From NCBI GenBank assembly GCA_044222185.1, contig JBGANV010000010.1, forward strand, positions 96,001 through 160,000: a DNA stretch of 64,000 nucleotides. The letters run 5' to 3'. The DNA is from Planctomycetota bacterium. GTDB taxonomy: Bacteria > Planctomycetota > GCA-002687715 > CAIWVZ01. The position numbers and the translations under genes were made by a program. Positions within the stretch are counted from its first letter, which is position 1. Each line of letters begins with the position of its first letter. Under the pieces are notes generated by a model. That model saw only the letters and a list, made by a program, of their open reading frames with translations. It had not been told where the DNA came from and did no database searches. Shown piece after piece: positions 43,905-52,917 of this stretch.

Positions 43905-44821
43905 CACCAGCCTCGGGATGCGAGACGCTCGCCTTCCGGGATCGTGTTCATGGAGATGCCGGTCATGGCGGCGCCGGCTTCGCGACACGCCTCGGCCACG
44001 ATCGCGGCTTCGCGGTAGCGGGCCGTCGCCTTCACGATCGCCTTGGCGGTGGCGACGGGGTTCGCGGACTTGAAGATGCCCGAGCCGACGAAGACGGCCT
44101 CGGCACCGAGCTGCATCACGAGCGCCGCGTCCGCCGGGGTGGCGACGCCGCCAGCGGCGAAGTTGGGGACCGGCAGCCGGCCGAGCCGCGCCACCTCGCG
44201 CACGAGTTCGAACGGCGCGCGAAGCTCCTTCGCCTGGGCCATCAGCTCCTCGGGGGGCGCCGACGCGATCCGTCGGATCTCGCGGTTGATGAGGCGCAGG
44301 TGGCGAACGGCCTCGACGATGTTGCCCGTGCCGGCCTCGCCCTTGGTGCGGATCATGGCGGCGCCTTCGCCAATGCGACGCAGCGCTTCACCGAGGCACG
44401 TCGCTCCGCAGACGAACGGCACGCGGAAGCCGCTCTTCTCGATGTGATGCTCTTCGTCCGCCGGCGTGAGCACTTCACTCTCGTCGATGAAGTCGACGCC
44501 GAGGTGTTCGAGCACCTGGGCTTCGGCGAAGTGTCCGATGCGCGCCTTCGCCATGACCGGGATGGTGACGATCGCCTTGATCTGTTCGATGCGATCGATG
44601 GCCGCCATGCGGGCGACGCCGCCATCGCGGCGGATGTCGGAGGGGACGCGTTCCAGTGCCATGACGGCCGACGCACCCGCCTCCTCCGCGATCCGCGCCT
44701 CTTCCTGCGTCGTCACGTCCATGATGACGCCGCCGCACAGCATGCGGGCGAGGCCCACCTTCACGTCGTAGGCGGGGACCTTCGCCTCCGCGCCGTTCGT
44801 CGAGTTCTTGCTTCCTGTCAT
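43904..44821 (-). CDS. pdxS: PLP synthase subunit
   Basis: [44 protein letters not shown]. Confidence 0.99.
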   Translation of the reverse strand: MTGSKNSTNGAEAKVPAYDVKVGLARMLCGGVIMDVTTQEEARIAEEAGASAVMALERVPSDIRRDGGVARMAAIDRIEQIKAIVTIPVMAKARIGHFAEAQVLEHLGVDFIDESEVLTPADEEHHIEKSGFRVPFVCGATCLGEALRRIGEGAAMIRTKGEAGTGNIVEAVRHLRLINREIRRIASAPPEELMAQAKELRAPFELVREVARLGRLPVPNFAAGGVATPADAALVMQLGAEAVFVGSGIFKSANPVATAKAIVKATARYREAAIVAEACREAGAAMTGISMNTIPEGERLASRGW

Positions 44822-44845
44822 GAGTGAGCTCCAGTCGCGCCGCGG

Positions 44846-46015
44846 TCAGACGGCGGCCAATGCGGAATCGAGATCGGCGACGAGATCGGCGGGATCCTCC
44901 ACGCCGATCGAGAGCCGCACGAGTTCGTCCGAGATTCCCATGCGCGCGCGCTCGGCCGGAGCGACCGACCGGTGCGAGGTCATCACGGGACGTGTGATCA
45001 ACGTTTCGATGCCTCCCAGGCTCGGACCGACGACGGGGACTCGGAGTCGATCGAGGAACCGCTCGGCCCCATCCGCGCCGCCCGCCACTTCGAACGCGAG
45101 CACGCCGCCGCAGCCCGTGAACAACGATCTCGCGAGCGCCGCGAAGCGATTCGTTTCCAGGCCCGGGTAGTGGACGGAACGTACCTTCGCGTGTCCCGAG
45201 AGGAACGTCGCCACCGTGCGCGCCGCGTCGTTCTGGTGCCGCACGCGAAGGCCCAGCGTCTTCATCCCGCGATAGAGCAGGAAGCACGCGTGTGGATCCA
45301 GGGATCCGCCCAACTGCTCGAGCCGCTTCTTGATTGGCGCGACGACGGCGGCCTTTCCGATGACGGCGCCCGCGACGAGATCGCTGTGACCGTTCAGGTA
45401 TTTCGTCGCCGAATGCAGGATGACGTCATACCCGAGAGCCGCCGGACGGAAGTTCACCGGGCTGAGGAACGTGTTGTCGATCATCGACACCAGTCCGCGA
45501 TCCCTCGCGAACGCCACGACGGCGCGATGGTCGATCAATCGCAGGGTCGGGTTCGTGAGTCCCTCGGTGTAGATGACCTTCGTGTTCGGCTTGACGGCGC
45601 GGGCCCAGCCGGACGGGTCGTCGGCGTCGATGAAATCGTGGGTGACGCCGGCTGCGCGGAGCCCGTCACCGAGGAAACCGTAGGTGCCTCCATACACCGC
45701 GTCCTGGACGAGGACGTGACTGCCCGCCGGCAGGTGAGTGAGGAGCGCCGTCGTGATCGCCGCCATGCCGCTCGACGTCACGACGGCGGCTTCCGCGTCC
45801 TCCAGGTCCGCGAGCTTGCGTGCGAGCACCTCGTGATTCGGCCCGTTGTTGTACCGGGAGTAGCGGAGTTCCTCGCCCGCGCGCCCTCGGTACTCGTACA
45901 CGGTGGATTGGAAGATCGGTACGGATGCCGCACCGCCAATCCGCGGCTCCGGCTCGCCGGCATGGATCACGCGCGTGTCGAAGCGAAAGCGAGCGGCTGG
46001 GTTCGACGGGTTCAT
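44846..46015 (-). CDS. PLP-dependent trans-sulfuration enzyme (cystathionine gamma-synthase/lyase family)
   Basis: PIFQST, YSR, SSGMAAI, YGGT, DNTF, HSATKYLNGHSD (PLP lysine), SLGG.ETL, RLSIGVED. GGAG RBS before ATG 46015. Confidence 0.93.
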   Translation of the reverse strand: MNPSNPAARFRFDTRVIHAGEPEPRIGGAASVPIFQSTVYEYRGRAGEELRYSRYNNGPNHEVLARKLADLEDAEAAVVTSSGMAAITTALLTHLPAGSHVLVQDAVYGGTYGFLGDGLRAAGVTHDFIDADDPSGWARAVKPNTKVIYTEGLTNPTLRLIDHRAVVAFARDRGLVSMIDNTFLSPVNFRPAALGYDVILHSATKYLNGHSDLVAGAVIGKAAVVAPIKKRLEQLGGSLDPHACFLLYRGMKTLGLRVRHQNDAARTVATFLSGHAKVRSVHYPGLETNRFAALARSLFTGCGGVLAFEVAGGADGAERFLDRLRVPVVGPSLGGIETLITRPVMTSHRSVAPAERARMGISDELVRLSIGVEDPADLVADLDSALAAV

Positions 46016-46048
46016 CGCGAGTCTCCCAAAAGTGCGACATCTTGCATC

Positions 46049-46101
46049 GAGACAATCGGAGACTATGCTCTGACTTGTCACCTATCAACCGAGTAATTGT
46101 C
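46049..46101. promoter_or_regulatory. Candidate MocR operator in the divergent promoter
   Basis: Direct repeats GAGACAAT (46049) and GAGACTAT (46059) plus an inverted ATTGTC (46096-46101). Confidence 0.5.
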
Positions 46102-47496
46102 ATGATGACACTCTGGCGACCGGATCTTCGCGGACAACATGGCCCCAAGTACTCCGCCCTGGCGGACGCCATCGCGCTCGACGTGCAGGCGGGGAGGCTC
46201 AAACCGGGCACACGCCTGCCGACGCACAGGGACCTGGCCCGCCGGCTCGGCGTGACGATCGGCACGGTCAGCCGCGGCTACGCGGAAGCCCACCGGCGCG
46301 GGCTCGTCATGGGCGAGGTCGGTCGGGGGACGTTCGTGCGAGCCACGCGGCCCGAACCCGTCGGCTTCGCCCGATCCCACGACCCCGACCCCAACGTCCT
46401 CGAACTGAACTTCAACCTTCCGACCCTCGACATCGTTGTCGACCTCATCAGGGCCGCCCTCGCACGTCTCGCCGAGTCGCCGGATCTGGTCAACGTGCTC
46501 CAATATCAGGCGAATGCCGGATCGTTGCGGCATCGCGAGGTGGCGGCGAGGTGGCTCTCCAGCCGCGGCGTCTCGTGCACGACGGACGAGGTCGTCGTCA
46601 CGAGCGGCGCTCAGCACGCCATGCTCACGGTGTTCTCGGTCGTCGCCGAACCCGGGGACATCGTGCTCGCGGAGAGCGTCACGTTCCCCGGCATGAAGGC
46701 CGTCGCGCGCCTCCTCCGCCTGAACATGGAGCCCGTCGCCATGGACGACGAGGGGATCCGTCCCGACGCGCTCGCCGAGGCGTGTCGAAAGCATCGCCCG
46801 AAGGCGCTCTATGCGACTCCCACGTTCCAGAATCCCACGGGCCGCGTGATGTCCGAAGCGCGTCGTCGCGACATCGCGGAGGTCGCCCGCGCCAACCGCC
46901 TTCCGATCGTGGAGGACGACATCTATGGCTTCCTGCACAGCGGCGCGCTGACGCCGCTCGCGGCGTTGTCCGAGGGCTCGGGGTACTACATCACGAGCTT
47001 CTCCAAATCCGTGGCGCCGGGGCTTCGCCTGGGCTATCTCGTCGGCCCACGCGCGGTCGCGCCTCAGCTTGCTGCGTCCGTGATGACGACGACGCAGGTG
47101 TCGTCGCCGGTCGCCGCCGAGGTCATCACCGGCCTGATCGAGGACGATACGCTCGAGACCCTGTTCCGGCGCCACCGCAAGGAGATCGGCGCACGCCAGG
47201 CGATCGCCCGCGCGCTGCTCGGGCACCACGTTCCCAAGGACAGCCACGCGGAGAGTCCCCACGTCTGGGTGAACCTGCCGGATCCCTGGCGCGTCGAGGA
47301 GTTCGTGGCGCAGGCGCGCGCGCGGGGCGTGGCCCTCGCGTCAGGCGAGGTCTTCGCCGTCGGGCGGGGCGCCGTTCCGCACGGTGTACGCGTGAGCCTG
47401 GGCGCCGTTCGTGAACGCGCTCAACTCGAACGGGCGCTTCGCACCGTCGCCGACATCCTGTCGGAGCAGCCGCGACCCCTCGTCACCGGAATCTGA
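46102..47496 (+). CDS. MocR/GabR-family GntR regulator (wHTH plus PLP aminotransferase-like domain)
   Basis: LPTHRDLARRLGV..GTVSRGY, GRGTFV, TSGAQHA, FQNPTG, EDDIY, SFSK..APGLRLG. Confidence 0.95.
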   Translation: MMTLWRPDLRGQHGPKYSALADAIALDVQAGRLKPGTRLPTHRDLARRLGVTIGTVSRGYAEAHRRGLVMGEVGRGTFVRATRPEPVGFARSHDPDPNVLELNFNLPTLDIVVDLIRAALARLAESPDLVNVLQYQANAGSLRHREVAARWLSSRGVSCTTDEVVVTSGAQHAMLTVFSVVAEPGDIVLAESVTFPGMKAVARLLRLNMEPVAMDDEGIRPDALAEACRKHRPKALYATPTFQNPTGRVMSEARRRDIAEVARANRLPIVEDDIYGFLHSGALTPLAALSEGSGYYITSFSKSVAPGLRLGYLVGPRAVAPQLAASVMTTTQVSSPVAAEVITGLIEDDTLETLFRRHRKEIGARQAIARALLGHHVPKDSHAESPHVWVNLPDPWRVEEFVAQARARGVALASGEVFAVGRGAVPHGVRVSLGAVRERAQLERALRTVADILSEQPRPLVTGI

Positions 47497-47617
47497 CCCG
47501 GAGCCACGCCGGCCACCGGGCCTGCATCGTTCCGGCCGCGATCAGTTCCGAACGTCCACCGTCATTGCGAAGCTCGGAACGCGTCGCGTAAGCTCCCCTC
47601 CGTCGGCTGGGGCGACT

Positions 47618-50125
47618 ATGTCCGCGAAACGGATCGGGATCATCTACGCGCTGATTGCGCTCGCGTTCTGCGTCCTCATCGGGAGGCTCTTCTACCTCCA
47701 GGTCGTGACGGGCGAGCCGGGCAACGTCGACGAACAACTCGACGAGCCGCACGCGATCGAGATCCCTGCGGCGCGCGGCGCGATCTACGACCGAGACCGG
47801 ATCGTGCTTCGAGCGTCCCGCGACACCTTCGACGTCGACGTCTTCGCAGGTACGTTCCGCGAGACCAACCTGGTGGATGCGTGCGCCGATCTCATGGCGC
47901 TGTTGTCGCCGGGACGGCGCGGCGACGGCCTCACGGCTGCCGAGCGGGCCGACCTCGTCGCGAAACTCCGCACGGCGGACCTTCCGACGATCGAAGCCGT
48001 CCTCGACCTCGACACGACGTCGATCGCGGGGAAGGACCCCGTGGCCATCCGACTCGTGCCGCGGATGGAGCGGCTGGTCGAGCCGGAAGGGTCGCTGATC
48101 CGCCCACGCTCGTTCGGGTGGAATCGGGTGGTCAGTGCCGTCGTGATCCTCTCGAATCCGGACGCTCGCGTTCTCCCGCGCGAGCTGCGCGTCCGCCTCC
48201 GCCAGCCTGGCGAACGCATCGGCGCATGCGCGGGCGTGGCCGCCGCGGACGTCGCCGCCCGCATCCGTGAGGAGGAGCGCGCGCTCGGCCTCGTCGCCGA
48301 CGAATTGGGATTCGGCGACGCGAGGTCCGTGCGTGTCGCCATCGAGCAACTCTGCGATCGCCACGCTCGCCGGGTCGACGAGGAGATCGAGCGACGCCTC
48401 GACGATGCGATCTGCCTGCAGCACTTCGGCTCGTGGAAGCTCGATCCGTCGGTCGTCGGTGAAACCGAATACGCGCGCATGGTTCGCGACGCAGCGACGC
48501 CGTTTCACGCGGACGAGCGCGCGCTGGATGCGCTCGACGCGGTGTCCGCGATCCTCGCCGGAGCCGTCCCCGGGCGGAAGCGACACGTGCCCGACACCAC
48601 GCCTGCGGCTCCGAAGGTCGCCGAATCCTGGGGACTCGTGGACTGCGACTCGCACGCCGTGCGCACGGCCGTGTGCCGAACGATCCGCGCCGCCGGGTTC
48701 GAGCGCGAGCGTTACCTCGACGAGCGGAAGGAGACGCAGGCACGCAACGACCTGGCGTCCTATCGAAGCGACACGCTCGGCTGGGGCGCAAGCTTCGCAT
48801 TGGCCGACGTCATCGACGGAGCCGGCGGATTGCGTCGCATGGGATTCCGTCTGCGGCCAGGCTTCGGCCGCGACCCGACGCGGTTTGCCAGCGGGGAAAG
48901 CCTCGCACTCCTGCTTGGTGGCGTGACGAATCAAGGTTCGCCGCTCGGGACCGGCGTCGAGTTGCGCATGGACGATGTGCTCAGTGGGGACCCGGGCGAG
49001 GCCGAGACGACGGCGGACGGCACCGTCACTCTCAAGCGGCCGGCGCAGCATGGCAACGACGTGCAGTTGACGCTGTCGTATCCGTTGCAGAAGAAGCTCG
49101 AGGGGTTCCTGCACCAGCAGGGTGCCATCGCCGTCGTGGACATCGCGACCGGAGGCATCCTCGCGGCGACCACGTACCCGTTGCCGGTCGACGGGTGGCA
49201 ACGTGCGATCGCGGAGTACGACGAGCTGAAGGCGAAGAAGGCAGAGCTGGGGCTGCCGGTCGATGCCGCGAGCCGATCCGTGCTCGATGCGCTGAACGAG
49301 CGAATCCTCGGGACTGCGGCGATCAACCGTGCCTATGGTTCGCCGGGGTACGTGCCGCCCGGTTCGACGATGAAGGCCGTCACGATCCTGGTCGGACTCG
49401 AGCGGGGCGTGATCACGCCCGAGTCGACGGTCGATTGCAAGCCGCGCCGCACGCTCAACTATGGATGTCACGGGCATGGCATCGTCGACCCGCTGATGGC
49501 GCTGGAGGCCTCGTGCAACGAGTTCTGCTACCAGACGGCGACGAAGCTCGGGCATGCACCGCTCTTCGAGATGTACGACAAGCTCGGGCTGTTCGATCCC
49601 ATCCCCGGGCTGATCCCCGCATCCGAGGGACAGCGCCAGCGGGAGCAGTTGCATGAGCGGCCCGGAGACGTCCGCGCTCTCGCCATCGGTCAGGGAACGC
49701 TGAGTTTCTGGCCGATCCGACTGGCCGGTATCGCGGCGTCGATCGCGTCCGGGCGCGTCGTGCGCCCGCACCTCGTCGTGCCGAAGGACGGCGAGCCGGC
49801 GATCGGCCCTGTGTTCGCTTCGGAGAAGAACCTCGCGCTCATCCGGGCGGGGATGAAGCGCGTCGTGACCGGATCGCGGGGAACGGCGTATCCGCACCGC
49901 AAGGAGCTCATCCCGCTCCAGGTCTCCGGCAAGACGGGGACGGCCGAGTTCACGGACAACACGCCCGTCTACGCGGCGTGGTTCGTGGGATTCGCTCCCG
50001 ACACCAATCCGCGCTACGCCTTCGCCGTGCTCTTCGATCGCACACCCCAGAGCGGTTTCGCGGCATCGCCGACCGCGGCGAAGGTGATCGAGGCCTGCTA
50101 CGAGATCCTGGGAGGGCGGCCGTGA
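47618..50125 (+). CDS. mrdA: Class B penicillin-binding protein (PBP2-like) with a large insertion
   Basis: N-terminal TM, RLFYLQV, ARGAIYDR, GVE..MD..LSG.PG and catalytic SxxK (STMK), SxN (SCN), KTGT. Adjacent to rodA. Confidence 0.85.
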   Translation: MSAKRIGIIYALIALAFCVLIGRLFYLQVVTGEPGNVDEQLDEPHAIEIPAARGAIYDRDRIVLRASRDTFDVDVFAGTFRETNLVDACADLMALLSPGRRGDGLTAAERADLVAKLRTADLPTIEAVLDLDTTSIAGKDPVAIRLVPRMERLVEPEGSLIRPRSFGWNRVVSAVVILSNPDARVLPRELRVRLRQPGERIGACAGVAAADVAARIREEERALGLVADELGFGDARSVRVAIEQLCDRHARRVDEEIERRLDDAICLQHFGSWKLDPSVVGETEYARMVRDAATPFHADERALDALDAVSAILAGAVPGRKRHVPDTTPAAPKVAESWGLVDCDSHAVRTAVCRTIRAAGFERERYLDERKETQARNDLASYRSDTLGWGASFALADVIDGAGGLRRMGFRLRPGFGRDPTRFASGESLALLLGGVTNQGSPLGTGVELRMDDVLSGDPGEAETTADGTVTLKRPAQHGNDVQLTLSYPLQKKLEGFLHQQGAIAVVDIATGGILAATTYPLPVDGWQRAIAEYDELKAKKAELGLPVDAASRSVLDALNERILGTAAINRAYGSPGYVPPGSTMKAVTILVGLERGVITPESTVDCKPRRTLNYGCHGHGIVDPLMALEASCNEFCYQTATKLGHAPLFEMYDKLGLFDPIPGLIPASEGQRQREQLHERPGDVRALAIGQGTLSFWPIRLAGIAASIASGRVVRPHLVVPKDGEPAIGPVFASEKNLALIRAGMKRVVTGSRGTAYPHRKELIPLQVSGKTGTAEFTDNTPVYAAWFVGFAPDTNPRYAFAVLFDRTPQSGFAASPTAAKVIEACYEILGGRP

Positions 50126-51255
50126 TGAAGCGCGTCATCGGCGAAGCTCTCGCTCGCATCGATCGTCCGGTCATCTTCCTCGCTGCGGCGCTCGTGCTCT
50201 TCGGAATCCTCACGATCGCGTCGGCGACGAACGACGGCGAGGGCGACCTCCCCATGCGTCAGGTCCGCGCGCTCGGTGTGGGATTGCTCATCGGCCTTCC
50301 GGCGCTCCTCGTGCCCTACCCCAAGCTCTTGAAGGTGGCGCCTTTCGCTTACGCTGCGCTCGTCGTCGCGCTGGGCCTCGTGCTCGAGATCGGGCCGAAT
50401 CGCTTCGGCGCCCAACGCTGGCTGGTGCTCGGGGGCTTCCAGATCCAACCGTCCGAGCCGCTGAAGCTCGTCCTCATCCTCGTATTGGCGCGCGTGCTTC
50501 GGTTCGGACGCGAGATCGCGCGCGTTCGCGATTGGCTTCCGCTGCTGCTGCTCGTGCTCGTTCCGTTCGGGCTCATCGTGAAGCAGCCGGACCTCGGTAC
50601 GTCGCTGATCTACCTTCCGGTGGGAATGTCGATCCTGTTCGCGGCGGGGATCCCCGCGCGCACACTCGCCATACTGCTGCTCGGCGGCGTCCTCGTCGGC
50701 GCCTTCGCGTTCTTCTTCCTCCTGCACCCCTATCAGAAGGAGCGGATCCGCAGCACGATCTTCCTCGACCGGCTCGCGCCCTATGAAGCCAATCGCGAAG
50801 GGTTTCAGTTGAGGCAGTCGCTCCTCGCCGTGCGGAGCGGGGGAGTGCTGGGACGCGGATGGGGAGCGGGGCCGGTCACGCAATCCGGGAAGCTGCCCGA
50901 GGCGCACAACGATTTCATCTTCGCCGTCATCTGTGAGGAGTTCGGGTTCCTCGGAGCGACGGCGGTCCTCCTGGTGTTCCTCCTCCTGATCCTCGCCATC
51001 GTCCGCGTCGGGCTTCGAACTCGTGATCCTCCGGGACGGGTGATCTGCATCGGCACGGCGGCGTTGGTCGCGGCGCAGGCGGGCGTGCAGGCGGGGGTGT
51101 CGATCGGCGTCGTTCCGACGACCGGAATGCCCCTGCCCTTCGTGTCCTACGGCGGATCGGCCATGGTGACGTTCGTCGTCGCCACCTGTCTGGTGCTCAA
51201 TGTGTCGTGTCACCCGCTCGGTGGGCTCGCGGGCGCTCGTTTCGAGCGCGAGTGA
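50125..51255 (+). CDS. rodA: SEDS peptidoglycan glycosyltransferase RodA
   Basis: GAQRW, IQPSE.LK, QPDLGT, LPEAHNDFIF, PLPFVSYGGS. Coupled to the PBP stop (TGATG). Confidence 0.92.
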   Translation: MKRVIGEALARIDRPVIFLAAALVLFGILTIASATNDGEGDLPMRQVRALGVGLLIGLPALLVPYPKLLKVAPFAYAALVVALGLVLEIGPNRFGAQRWLVLGGFQIQPSEPLKLVLILVLARVLRFGREIARVRDWLPLLLLVLVPFGLIVKQPDLGTSLIYLPVGMSILFAAGIPARTLAILLLGGVLVGAFAFFFLLHPYQKERIRSTIFLDRLAPYEANREGFQLRQSLLAVRSGGVLGRGWGAGPVTQSGKLPEAHNDFIFAVICEEFGFLGATAVLLVFLLLILAIVRVGLRTRDPPGRVICIGTAALVAAQAGVQAGVSIGVVPTTGMPLPFVSYGGSAMVTFVVATCLVLNVSCHPLGGLAGARFERE

Positions 51256-51560
51256 TCGCAGCGCCGCGTTTCACGCGGCCGGATGGCAGGGCTCCGCCCT
51301 GCCGGAACTCGCGACGAAGCTCGTGCGTGGGGGTGTGTGAGGTGGGGCGGGTAGCGGGTTGAGGGGGCAGTGGAGGTCAGGCGAGCCCGGAGGTCTCGCC
51401 GACCGGCCAGGACCCCTCGTCGGACTCGGGGATCCTGGCGCTCCTCGTATTTGGTGAGCTCGGGGACCGTCGGGCTTCGGACGGTGAGGCGGGGAGTGAA
51501 GGCGCTCTGGGCCGGCGGCGGCGCCGGGCGGGGGTACCCGCGTGTTAGCTTCGCGGCCCG

Positions 51561-52640
51561 ATGAACGACGCGCGTCCGAACATCAAAGGCCTCACCGTCG
51601 AGCAGGTCCGTGACCGGCTCGCCGCGTGCGGCGTTCTGGAAGGCGCAGCGCAGCTTCCATACGCCCTCTACCACGGCATTCACCGTGATCGGGGCGAGTC
51701 CATTCCGGGCATCGCCGACGTGGCGCCGCACAAGTTGCGCCTTGCCGATGCCCTGTTCAGCACGCACGCACTGGAACTCGTTTCGATGCGGAAGTCGTGG
51801 GACCAAAGCGCCCGGTACGCGTTTCGGCTTCATGACGGTCCCGTGATCGAGTCCGTGCTGATCCCGCACCACGGGCTGTGGACCGTCTGCGTCTCCAGTC
51901 AGGCTGGCTGCCCGCTCGCCTGCGGGTTCTGTGCAACAGGCATGCTGGGACTGCGCCGAAACCTCGAGGCGTGGGAGATCGTCGACCAGGTGCTGCAGGT
52001 CGGCAGGCAGGCGCAAGTCCGCATCTCCGACATCGTGTTCATGGGGATGGGCGAACCGCTGCTCAACACGGACGCGGTCTATCAGGCAGCGGAGATCCTC
52101 CGAGCCGAGCACGGACTGCAGATCAGCGCACGACGTCTCACGATCTCGACCGCGGGGGTGATACCGGCGATCCACGAGTTCATCGACCGGGAGCTGCCCT
52201 ATCGGCTGGTGTTCTCGCTCGGCTCCGCCGTTCCCGAGAAGCGCCTGCGGCTCATGCCGATCCAGGAGCGGTGGGGGTTCGATGCGTTTCTCGACGCCGT
52301 GCGCCGTTACGAGCGCTACCGCAAGGGCAAGCACGTCACGCTCGAGTACGTCGCCATCCGGAACCTGACCATGGGTGACGACGACGTCGAGGCGATGGCG
52401 CGCCACCTGGTTGGGTTCAAGTTCATCCTGAACGTGATCCCGCTGAACCCCATCGGCAATGAACTGGCGTCGCCAACCATGGAAGAGGTCCGCGAGTGGA
52501 GCCGGAAGCTTCGCCCGCTCGGCTTCCCGGTGAAGATCCGGTACAGCGGGGGGAAGGACCAACTCGGCGGCTGCGGCCAGCTCGGGCGCGAACTTCTCGA
52601 ATCCGGACGGGCGCAGGCCGTCGGGTATCGCCCGGCCTGA
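51561..52640 (+). CDS. rlmN: RlmN/Cfr-family radical SAM RNA methyltransferase
   Basis: IESVLIP, CVSSQAGC, CxxxCxxC (CPLACGFC), MGMGEP and C-terminal CGQL. Confidence 0.8.
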   Translation: MNDARPNIKGLTVEQVRDRLAACGVLEGAAQLPYALYHGIHRDRGESIPGIADVAPHKLRLADALFSTHALELVSMRKSWDQSARYAFRLHDGPVIESVLIPHHGLWTVCVSSQAGCPLACGFCATGMLGLRRNLEAWEIVDQVLQVGRQAQVRISDIVFMGMGEPLLNTDAVYQAAEILRAEHGLQISARRLTISTAGVIPAIHEFIDRELPYRLVFSLGSAVPEKRLRLMPIQERWGFDAFLDAVRRYERYRKGKHVTLEYVAIRNLTMGDDDVEAMARHLVGFKFILNVIPLNPIGNELASPTMEEVREWSRKLRPLGFPVKIRYSGGKDQLGGCGQLGRELLESGRAQAVGYRPA

Positions 52641-52680
52641 CCAGGCGCGGCAACCGGTCGTTGGGTATCGGCGGTCGGGC

Positions 52681-52708
52681 CCCCTGGGTTTACAAGGAAA
52701 CCCAGGGG
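52681..52708. terminator. Strong hairpin between convergent genes
   Basis: CCCCTGGGTTT-acaagg-AAACCCAGGGG, 11-bp stem. Confidence 0.5.
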
Positions 52709-52917
52709 ACCCATCTGTCACCACCGCCCCGCGGACCCCGAAGGGGATGCGGAGTCACACGCGCGCTCCCTCGCAACTCAGCGTTTTGACTGATCTGTCG
52801 ACGGGACGGGCTCCCGTCACAGTCGACACGTACTCCAATGGTCGGATCCGTCATTTCGTGACGGAAAGTGGGAGAAAAAATGATCCGCGGGGGACATCGG
52901 GGGGAACGGGCCCTCCG

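Noticed and set aside
47483-49897. 804-aa minus-strand ORF
   Set aside because: Antisense shadow of the PBP2 gene.
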